Shown here in pieces: positions 1 to 12,000 of a stretch of 62,863 bases of DNA; position 1 is the stretch's first letter; each line of letters begins with the position of its first letter. The stretch is taken from contig MEDY01000146.1 of the NCBI GenBank assembly GCA_001724265.1, positions 1 through 62,863 of the forward strand. The letters run 5' to 3'. The notes under the pieces were generated by a model. The model made no database searches. It was not told the DNA's origin and saw only the letters and a list, made by a program, of their open reading frames with translations. Origin of the DNA: Rhizaria sp. SCN 62-66 (Eukaryota). A program made the translations under genes and the position numbers.

Positions 1-1
1 T

Positions 2-3000
2 GGTTACCAGTCTCAACTTGTGCTGGCAACTGTGACGCCAAACCGTAGGGTTCATTTTCGTGTTCTAACGCGCATTGATGGCGCAGGCCGCTACGGACGC
101 CAGTCGGAAGATGTCACGCACGTCTCAATAACAAACATTATTGATCTGAGCGACATTCAAGTCCATTTTGACGCCACGCGCTCAAACATCTTCTACACAG
201 CACCTGACTGCAACCTAACGTATCTCTCGGCGCTGCCGCGGCTGTATGACGTGGTGACACTGGACGGGGCGCGGACCCGCGCCAGTGTTGACTGGCCGCT
301 TCTCTGGCACTCGTGACGTTGAAACGCTGCCAATTTCAAACGCGACGCATCTTTACTTCGATATTTTCCCGAGTGAGTCAAATTCCCTGTTGGCTGTCAA
401 CGTGATAAACCCGCTGACAACGCAAATAGACGCCGGCCTTGTTGGCAACGTTGCTTTACGCATTGTTTTTCACACTTCGTACCCCGACAAATATACTGTG
501 TCTGCAGTGCTTGATGTCACCAACTCATCGCCGTCGCCTATTTTACTGACTCTTCGGCGTATCGCACTCCAGTCACGTGTGTCAGGATTACAGACAAAGC
601 TTGCCGTGTCGTTTAAAGCTGATCTTGGAGGGTGGGACACGGCGGGCTTTAATGTAAAGATTGAGGGGCCATTTGATTTTCTTACAGGAAATGGAAGCGG
701 CAGGTCAATTAATGGGATTGAGTTTATATTTGAGTGTTTCCCTGAGTCGGCGAACTGTGCGTTTTCCACGCAACAGCCCCAGTTTGCGCGTTTCGACGAG
801 TACCGTTTTGAGACGCTTGTAAAAGTGCACTCTATCGTATCGGCCTTTAGTAGCGGCGGCTCTCCGACTCTAGCTACAACTCTCACCAACGTGGCCTGTA
901 ATGCCGGTCCCGAATGTACGAGCATCGCTGAGCACGAGGTGAACGACTTACTCCCAGTGCTTCCACCAGCACTGCCGGTTTCTTTGCCGACTTCAATTGT
1001 GGCAGCGAACCCTGGGTTCGCGGAGAACTTGAAAGCATACAGCGCGGTGAACTGGCTTCACTCAACCTACTCAACCTGCGCCGTGCTGTACGAGCACATT
1101 TACTGTTTCAGCGTTAACGCCAACTCAATATTCCAAGGCAATGGAATGATGGAGTACAACGACGTCCAAGTCCGTGCCACACGCCCTCTAAACAGCATGC
1201 TTCCCAGCAAGCTCAAAATCATGGCGACGTCTCCTGACGCAGCACTGTTGTTTGTTGGAAATTCAATGCCGTCATACGTTTCAAGTAATATTGACATGGT
1301 TGAACACACGGACTTGGACATGGGCTCCTTTTACTTAACCTACAACTCTGACTCGGTGTCAGAGTTGTCGGCGCCAGAGTACGTGTACATCACGACTTCG
1401 CTCTTCAAGAGCGCAAATCTCGCGTATATATTCGGGAAGAATCTCGCCCTTCTTGCTGTGCGCCGCGTCAACGGCGGCGAAGCTTTCCGCACACAGTCTG
1501 TCTCCGGGTTAGACTCACTCACGGGCGCGTTTCTCGACGCTTACAGCGCGACTGATATTCTTAATCAGGGCCAAATGACCGTTGAAGTGGCGACGTCTGA
1601 TACGGGTAACGTTCTTGCCGGTGTCGCCGATTTCGCTAAGTTTAATGAAAAGCAAGTTTTCCCTGGTGAGCAAACCGCCATCCTCGTCTTTGCTTTCCGC
1701 AGCGGTTACGTGCGTCTCTGTACGAGCGCCAGCTCCAGCGCTGACGTCATCACCGAGACGGACCCTCATATGCTGCTGCAGTGCGAGAACGCTGTGTTGG
1801 TGTCACCCCGCTCTGAGATTACCGCCATTACCGCGCTAAGCGGCAACGCTGTGGCGTACGTAGCGACGGCCAGTGGTGACTTCTTTATCCTTACGCCCGA
1901 CTCAGCTGCGCCAGGTCTGCTGAATGCCACCAAGTCGCCCATCAACGCTGGCTGTCACGTTCGCTCTCTTGCGCTGCACCCGGCACAGACGCAGCTGACA
2001 TTTTCCTGTAGTAGCCCGCGTATTGCTTCCATTGCTGTTGACCCCGAGACCGGAGTGCTAAGCGAGCTCTCATTCATCGGCAGCGCTGGTCGTGTTTGGA
2101 CCGAGTTCCCCTCACGGAACCTTTATTCAATTTCCTACTCGCGCTTTGGCACACATCTGATAATGATTGGCGCAACTGATGACGAAGCAGTCGCAGTACC
2201 GCTCCCTGTCGCATCTCTTGCGACTGTTCTTACCGGTGCGTCTATGCCAGGAGCTGGAGTTAAGGGATCAGCCTCATTTCAGCTTCAGTCGCCGCCCCTC
2301 AAGATCTTGAACACAATTTTAGTCGCAATTACGTTTCCGCTGTCGACTACGTTTGACAGCCTTACGCAACTTGTGATACTGTCTATTTGGGACTGTACAA
2401 GCGCAGTGTACGTCTTTGACAACGTCGTATACGGGTCGATTCCTCCTAGCTGCATTGACCTCAGTTTGCCGCTTACTGTGACTGTTACCGCCATAGTGGC
2501 AAGTGCTGCCACTATGGCGGAGGAAACAGCTTTGTTCGCGGAGTTCCGACTCTCGAGCGAGACTACTGTGGTCTCTGTTTCACCTGAAATGTGGGAGGTG
2601 GCGCCGACATTGTTTAATTCCCCGCGCATGCCGATTGCACGCCAAGCCATCAACATTACAATTGTCGATTGCGCCACTGGCGCAGCCGTGCCCGCCGCGC
2701 TCACCGCGCTCACGGAGTACTCGTTCTGCCTGCGCTCGTACACGGCCACGTTAGTCATGATGTACATCGATCTCAGCATAGGGCGAGTAGGCGACGGTGA
2801 TGGGCCTGGTATCGATCCTGACGATTACTTTGCGCCGTGTCTGTTCACGCCAGTGCGCTCGCGTTACCTCAATGGTTTTATTCTCAACGCGGGCACTACA
2901 CTATCGGCCCCACTTACCATTCGCTGCACAGAGGCGTCTGAGTCATCTGGAAATTTGATGCATATTATCCGGATGGTGGTCACAGGTTTCAACACAAAAT

Positions 3001-6000
3001 GGCAGTCTGAAGCTTTTTCTGTTGCACCATCAGTGAATGTTGCACTCCGCGTAGTACAAGGATCTACGGTGAAAATTGATCCCCCCACACTTCCAGCTAG
3101 CTTAGCGATCATCATTCAGTCAACTTGGAGCGTGAAACCTGTCGAGAATATTACCATTCAATTGGCTTTATCAAGCCCGGACTGTATCTTTTCCACTGGG
3201 AATAGCATCACAGTTTCTCCAACACAACTTGCCAATAATGTATCCACAGTTGATATTTCAAGTGTAATTTGCGCAACGCCCGACGCTGATGGTGTATCTT
3301 TTACAGCAGCTGTATTACTGCCACACAGTGGTGCTGCAATTGTGTCAATGAATTCTGCATTGCGCCCAGTTATTGGTACGGTCTTTCTGCAAGGCAGCTC
3401 TAGCAACGAGCCATTTATCTTCTCTGCCGACAGCGAGTACGACATCACCCTTGTTGCCAGCCCTACGCCTGCCATTGCACTGAACGTTGATTTGACCATG
3501 ACACGCTACGGCATCCCACTTCCAAATATGGCTTGTCACCTCGTTCCGAGTAACGTATCCACTCTATCGTTATCTTTGACAAGCCCACAGCCTCTCAAAA
3601 TTAAGTGCTTACGCCCTGTGGCACACGAGGAGCACGTTGAACTCCAAATCGCCGCCCCAGATGCTGTTGCAAGTGGCTATGATGTGCTCTCTGGCGATAT
3701 TATCACTGCTTATATTGACGTAACAAAAAGTATTTGGCCGACAAATGGCCTTTTAGCTGCGTTCACAGTCGCTCGCTTGTCGTTGGTGCCAGCGCGCCGT
3801 TTGTCGCACAAGACAACTGTGCTGTATGAGGTACTTAGTGATAACGTGCGGTGTGCACTTTCCGCAGATAAAACGCTGCTTGACCCGCTTACTGTTGGGG
3901 GTGATTTACAAGCGGCATTCACTAATGGCTCTATTGGTAGTGGGATTGGCCTCAATATCTACTCAAGTGAGACGCCAATTGAAGCGGCCGCTCTCACTGT
4001 TTATGCGCTGTGCGACATCACCGCAGTGTTGTATACCGTGCGGTTGCGCTACACGGTGCTAAAGGGCACGCCGCTGCGCGAATTTTCTATTGGCACTGGT
4101 GTATTCGAGCTCACGGTGCGCAACCGCATGCATGTGCGTTCGCTTGTGCAGCCGTCAGGTGATAGTCTGGTTGAAAGCGTTGTTTTCCAAGAACAACCAA
4201 CATTGGTTCGTGTTGAGTACGCGTTTTACACGGCTGTGGGAGCATCTATTTACGTCACTACTAACCACAACAGCGTTTGTAAGCTGAGCAACGCTGCTGG
4301 CAGCGTAGTCGGTGGCGGGATTGATGTTGCTGTGCTGTCTCTAACCGGCGTTGAGAACATTTACATCGAGTGCTTTCAACCAATTGCAAACATCTCCTTT
4401 ATTGTGAGTCGCCTGGGCGCAAACAACACTGTAATTGAAGAACACTCTGGTCCATTCCACGTATATGGCATGATTGTGATGAGTTTGCAGGCGGATCGGA
4501 GCTCTAGTTCAACGTTGATTGCAGGACCAGGTGCTGCTGCCATAGCATCAGTTCCACTGTCCGTGTTGCACACACTCAACATTTCAACAGAACCCGCAAC
4601 TGCAAATGCGACTCTCGTTGCAGATATTTCTAACCAGAGTGGTAAGTGTTTACTCACAAACGGAGTTAATTACTGTGTGACCAATTCTAGTGGCGTATGC
4701 ACGCTGACTCTAACATGCAGCGCGCCGGCACAAACACCACCATCAGTTATTGTTTTCAGTGAAGGACTATTCGCGTTTTCCAGGACAGTGTCCGCGCCTC
4801 TTCAAACAAAGGGTATAATGGAAGCAGAGCAGCTAGACCTTGACGATGGAAACCGTCCTTACTACTTGGCAGGCGAATACTACCGGGTTCGGGTGACTTT
4901 TTTGCCTTTGCCTGAGGATCCTGTTGTTGTGCGTGTGTCCCAAACAACAACAATGTCGAGTTGTCTTTTTTCTCTGACCGGTGACCTTTCGCGAATGCAG
5001 CGTACAATCCAATGGCAGCATACTGATTTGGCGAACTCGTTTGTGTTTGGCCTTGTATGCAGCCGCCCGCATTCGATTGGATCCCTCATAGCGCTAGAGA
5101 CAACTGCGTACATGCCATACAACCTTGGGCCTACAGTCACGTATGGCCGAATGTCACTCGAGTTTAGGCTGCCCACTGGGATTGTGGGAACCTCCCTTGA
5201 TGTGACTGATATGGCAGCACGTCTTCAACTCTCAAGCACGCCTGTCGAGCAGAAATCAGCTCTTGGAAAGCCATATTACCTGCGGGCGCCGCTGACAAAC
5301 CTGACGACGTTTCGTCTTCGGATGCAGCCCGCTGTAGTCGTACCTACTTTGATTAACATTAAGATGACCTCTGCAGCGTCAGGCTGTCAGTTTTCTGTCG
5401 GGAAAACTGGCGGTGGTAGCGAAATACTCGGAGCGTCGACACAAATCTTGGCTGTGTTAGGTGAGACTGAGCGCGACATAATGGTCTCTTGTGAACTCCC
5501 AAAGATTGAGGGCTTTTCGATTCTTGCTGAAATCTCTTCTGGCAGCCCATACGTACCTTTAGTGTCGCTGCCAATGCAGCCGCGTGGTGCAGTAATCATG
5601 ACCACGTCTGGCGTTTCCGCCACATCAGTCTTTTCTGGCGAAATATTTTCGCTGCGCCGGTGGGTTATGCGCTTTATACTTAGTCCCTTGCCTCCTGAAT
5701 CTGTAACACTTACCTTTGTTGTTGTTACAGGTCCGACTATGGTGACTGTACCAAACTGCCGGTTTTACGGCGAGACCGACGCTGATGCTGCTGTTGACGG
5801 GCTCGAAAACACGTTGTTATTTACATCGTCGATGATTATAATTGGTGTTGCGATGATATGTGACGATTCACTACCTAACAACGCGTATATCCGAGTTCAC
5901 AACAACGAGAACCTCTATGATACATTCTCATCCGCGCCATTCCGTGTGCGCGGCGCTGTGTGGACTGAAGACGCAGCATTACCAACATACAGCGAGTTCC

Positions 6001-9000
6001 CAGGTACTGCATCGACTTACAGCAATGTTGCTGTCGCGGTTCCGCACGCTCTCCGCGTTCGCGTGGTGCCGACCTGGCCCCAGGACGCTGTCCTAACGCT
6101 ATCCGTCAACGTCACTAGCTGTGGCGTCGGGTTTGCCTACTTGAGTAGCGACGCTTAGCCCGCAGTCCTTGACGATGCGACGCCGTATACGGGCACGTTG
6201 ACGACGCCCAGTGGAGTTCTTATTCCTGTGGGTGCTGATTTCTTTCCGCGCATCAACGTTACAGTTCCAGCTGGCATTGATACAGTCTACGCATTCCTAA
6301 GCTGCGTCACTGTTGCGCATTACATTGCGGTGACGTTGGGTCCTAGTGACTCAAGTACACTTTTCACAAGTATGCACATTACAGGTGCATTTTCTGCGCG
6401 CAACCGATTTGAATTACTCAACCCTCCTGAGAAGTTACATGCACGTGAGCCCGTTCTAATGGAGCTCGGTATACTACCTCTAGGCGCAATTACAGGCGCT
6501 GGTCAGTCGACTGTGGTGCGTGCGTCAACAAACTCGGCGTTTGCCAATTGTTCCGTTGCACGCGTGTCAGGTTCGAGCTCCATGGTACCTGCAGAAGCAC
6601 TGTGGGCACAGGTTAATAACACAGCATCAGTTCTGCTCACGATCAGCTCCGCTAACGCTTTCTTGCTGTGGGTGCGCTGCTGGCAGCACACCGTCACCAG
6701 CGCGGGAATTCATGTTGAAGGCGCAGTTAAGCCACAGTTTAAGTTTGAGTATTCAAGTGGAATTGCATTTCTGCCTTCATTCAGCGCTGAGTTTGAGGTG
6801 GTGTATATTGATTGCGGTATGATGTCTAAAATGACTCATGGTAACATTGTCTATGAGGACAACGGCTTTGGTTCAATGGCGTTTCTTGCACGAGCTACTG
6901 CATACTGTGAAACTGGCTACGATTTGGTGACATATCTTGGAAACGTGGTGACTTGTGCGATGCCGCCGTGCACGTGGAGCACTGTGTGTCAGGCCACAGG
7001 GTGGAGTCAGACCGCGCCAACATGCATAATCCACAACTGCGGGACAACGCCAGTGGCGGACAACAAGACGGCATCGGGGCCCGTGTCCGCAGCCACTGGC
7101 GATGACGGTGGCAAAACAACTTACGGTGCAGTGTTAACGTATGGTTGCGTGGAGGGCTTTGAACCCACAAGCACTACGACGTCGTTGCGCTGCACCGCCA
7201 CGGGCTGGTCGCAGTCCACTGTACCGACATGCACTCCCGTGACATGCCCGGCGCTGACAGCTGGCGCGAATACGCTTCAGCCGATATATAGCACGAATCC
7301 TAACGGTATGCCTCGCTATCTCTCCGTCGCGACGTATGAGTGCTTACCAGGTCATACACTGAGCTCAGGCAGTCTGACCGCCACATGCCGCGCTGATCGC
7401 ACATGGAGCGGCTCATTACCTGTATGCCGCACGAACATGTGTCTGTTAATCTCACATGAAACAGCGTCGCAAAAGCCAATCAGCTTTACGCTTAATGATA
7501 AGGCTACAACTGTAGACAAGACCACCGGGTTTTTCTTTGTAGGCACGATTGCAGAGTACAGTTGTGCCGATGGTTATAGCTGGATTGATCCCACTGCGTC
7601 GCATACGCGCACGTGTGTATACAACGAAGGTTGGCTACCGATAGCAGCGCCGCGCTGTCAGCCGGTGTCGTGTCCGTCTCTTGAGTCAATATTTCACGGC
7701 TCAATCAAGCAGGAACCTGCAGAACTTCTGAACCTTTACGGGGTGACTGCAACGTACACATGTGACTACGGCGCCACTATTATACCTCAGGGCAACAGCA
7801 TTATGTGCAATGCTAATGGCACATGGTCTTCAGTGCCACGCACCTGTCAACCGTATCAGTGTCCTACTCCAGCTGCGTTTGTAAGCGGTCAGGTGCAAGA
7901 GATTATAACTGGTTCTAACGGACAGTTTTCCAACAACTCAATAATTGAATACCGCTGTAACGCGGGACAAAATCTCATATATCCTGGTGTCAACCTCGAT
8001 ACAAAGTATTTTGTCTCTCTTATTACGAGTACAGGTGTGACAATTGAAGTTGGCCGCCGTGAGTGCACGCCCAGTGGTTGGTTCCCCACAACTCTACCGC
8101 AATGCCGTATCAACGAGTGTAGCGCGCTAGCAGGCACAAGCAACGTCGCATCTATTTCATACTTTAACGTTAATGGTGCCCCGACGCCGCAATACGGTAC
8201 CGTTGCAACCTATGCCTGCTCCCCAGGTTACGAGACACGTGACAGCAGTGACAATATTGTCGACAACACGCGTCTCTGCGGCTCACGTGATCAGGGCTGG
8301 TTGCCAATCGATCCTCCCCGCTGCCTCCCGATTGACTGCGGTAAAGTGTCGAACACCGTAATCAATAATGGGTTACCGATCGAGTTAACATGGGACGAAC
8401 TTGCAGTCAAGGGTCCCACGCGACTTGGTGCTACAGTCACCTACACCTGTGAATTAGGTTTCGCCTTCGTTAACGGGAATGGCAGCTTTACGCGTTCATG
8501 TAGCGCTACAAGACAGTGGGTTCCTGCTGAACCAACTTGCTCTGACATAAACGAATGTAATCCCGCAGCTTTCAATGGAAAGTATTTTGTCAATTGCACA
8601 CAGTTGCATGGCGCGCATTCGCAGTGTATTAACACTTTTGGAAGTTACATTTGTATTCCAACAGTAACAACCACGCCATATTTGCCCTACGCACCCTCTG
8701 GCGGTGCATCATTTAACGCGCTTGAAAATGTGTTCACTCCTAGCAACACCGCCGGCGGCCAGCACATCAAGTTTGCCGTGCGCTCCGGTGCAGGTCTTGT
8801 GGAGCCATACTTTAACCGCGTGCGCTACATGAACCCTGACAAGGCGCTATATGACGACCCATTATGGCTCCAGTATGAGTGCACAAATGTCCAAGTTACT
8901 GTAGCAACTACAGCTGCGCGCGCTGCTGTCGGATTTGATTACTACGACGTATCATGTAAGTTGTCACCTGGTCAGGGTGAAGGGCTGTTTGTTTCAGTAC

Positions 9001-12000
9001 AGTACTGTGTTGCCGTGCATGACAGCGACACTCCGGACTGCTCACGCTGGAACTGGGACTGGCAAGGTACTCGCAGCGCCCTTGATATTGAGCAAGTTCC
9101 GATCAACAAGCGCCTGCGCGTTACATACCCAATGACTGCGTTTGTCCCACGCTCGCTTCAAAGTGTAACGGTGAACGGACTTACACAAATGACATCAGAC
9201 TATGTTAGTCAGACCTCGCTTGGTGAGGACATTATAATGTCTCTGGGTAACTTTTACTTGGACAGACCGCAGCTAATCTCGATCTACTATGGTGAAGCAA
9301 AGACAGAAACAGACTTCCTCTACATTTGCGATTTTAACTATAACCTGGCAGTGAGATACAGCAACTACGCGCTTGTTGTCGCGTGCCACACTCAGGACCG
9401 CGTGAACTTAATTGATCTCCGCTTCAGGCTTTGCATTGCAGGGCGTTGCACAGTGTCTACTGATATGTACTCATACCCTCAGATTCCTGAAGTTACGGCT
9501 GTCTATGGCTGTGCCATCGACGACCTTATCAACGGCCGGACTTACGGCTGCCCCACTGACGGTAGCAATGTGCGTCTCACAGTTACTGGCTCAGGTTTTC
9601 TTGAACCCCTGACAACGATTATTAGCGGCCGCCAGTGTGAGTCTCTTGAGCGCGCTAACAACACGTACTTCACGTGTTTATTGCCTGTTAGCGCTGGTGA
9701 GGCGTTGACCGTTACTGTTAAGGCAGGCTCACAGCGCACGGACTCTCGCAACCGCTTATCGTACGCTGGTCCTACTATCACAGGCATTCGTGGGTGTGAG
9801 CCCGTTTCTGATGTGTATATTCGCGAGTGTAACCGTCTTGGCGGCAACAGGATTGAACTTACTGGTCAGAACTTTGGAGCCTCTGGGTCGAACATAATGG
9901 TTGGTGGTCAGACATGTTACAACGTCATTCATGACTCAATGCGTCCACACGAGCGTGTAACCTGTGTTACACCCAGCGGTTTTGCTAGTGAGCGTACAGT
10001 CACGTTACTGCAGCGCTATGGCACAATGTCTCTTCAAAACATCTTGTTGTCGTACGTGCAATGCCCTCCTGGCCAGTTTAGTGTGGACATTTTATGCATG
10101 TCATGCAAGGTGGGCAACTTCAATGACCTCTGGTCACAGAGCGCTCGCCGTCAGTGTGCGCCTGGGCTTTATGCAAACACAACAGGCTCCATTAGCTGCT
10201 CGGTCTGTCCCGCTGGCCAATACTCTGTTCTCGGTGCAGGGTCTTGCAAGGTGTGCCCGCGCGGGAGCTTTTCTGGTGCCCGTTCTGGTTCGTGCTCACA
10301 GTGCCCACCTGGTACCTTCGCTCAGTATGAGGGCTCTTCAGTCTGCGAAGCTTGTCCACTCGGTGCTGAGAGCAACGAAGACTATACTTTTTGTCGTTGC
10401 AGTGTGGGCACATATATGGATGTCAACGGGACGTGCGTTGATTGCATGCTTGGTGGCGACTGCACATCTCCCGGAACCACCATCTATAACATTGAATCAC
10501 TACAAGGCTATGCGCCGGCGGTAATCCGGTATGAGCGCGACAGCGTCGTACGCATGCAAATTTACGTTTCGACAAATAGTACAAATGACGATGCACGTAA
10601 GATTTCACGCGCTACTGTAATTAAACTGTTGTACGATAACACTGAGTTACCGTTGGAGCGTATCTTGCTTGTAGATCTCGAGTTTTCAACAGTAGACAAG
10701 ATCAATGTAGCTTTAATGGCTACAAACAATATCATAGAAAGCTCTTCTGGCAAAATTAGCACTGCACGTTTTAGCAGCAACAACAACAACAACAACAGCA
10801 ACAGCAGCAATGATAGTAAAAACTCTCGTTTCACCGCGTCGAGTAATGATGCTGTTATAATATCCGCGCCACATGGGTTGGTTGCAATTGTCGATGTTGA
10901 CGTATACCCGAGCGCATCTGGCGCTTACACGCTCGAGAACTCGAGTGATGCGCTGTACCAAAGCATGGTTGATCAGATTAACAAAAACGCAGCTTCGATG
11001 TTATCAACTAACGGAGTAGCCGTTCTAACCGGCGCTGGAATAGCCCGCAACTCTGAGTTCAAACGCTATGCAACGCCATCATTTGAGTTGTGTATTAACA
11101 ATGCGTGCCGCGGCAAAAATGTATGCCTCGAGGGTCACACAGGTAACCTCTGTGCAGTCTGCCTTCCTGGCTACGGCAAGACCTCTTCGTTTGAGTGTGC
11201 GCGCTGTAACTCACCAGCTTTGCGAACGTTCCTGTTAGTACTCGCAGTTGTGGGGGCAATTGCAATTTGCACAGTTCTGGTCTGGAAGCAGATCGTGGAT
11301 GGCAAGCAATCAATGAACGAACTCCCCGCGCCGGCTGTACCGTTGTTGCTTAAAGTTGCTACCTCTGGTCTGCAGGTGATGTCGATTGCCGCGCGCTATG
11401 ACTTGCAGTGGCCTGGTTTCCTTGCCGATGTCTTTGAGACTGCTGACACAGCCGGAGGCGTCGGTACAGCGTTCTTATCACTTGACTGTTTCCTGGCCGA
11501 CGATCCGATTGTTCATCCTTTCTGGGTGACTACAATTAGCATCATGGTGCTACCGCTGGCGGGCGTCTTGCTTCCAGCAATAGTGTTTGTGCCGATGTAT
11601 TTTAGCACACGCCGCCGCTACCGCAGAGAGCTAATAGCGCAGGCTGTGGAGGAGCGCGCGCTGTCAGCCGAAGTTGTATTGGAGCTTAAAGCAAACCAAA
11701 AACGTGACCGCGGTGAGAAGTTAAAGCAGCGCCGAGCAGAGGCGGAGCGTGAAAATAAGCTTGTATGGGAACTAGTTGACGAGAAGGTTGGAATTCTTAT
11801 CAAAGACGCACCTACCCTTGATTCCACCCCCAAAAAGGCCACCGCTCAAAGCACACACAATGTTAACAGCACAAAATGCGGAGCGTCCTTGGTGCCCACC
11901 ACTGCTCGCACGCTGCAGCATGGTGGTTACGTTAGCAAGAGCTCTCTTCAACGGACAAAAAGTTCTAGTGTTGGTGATGGTGACAGCAACACTCGCACAG

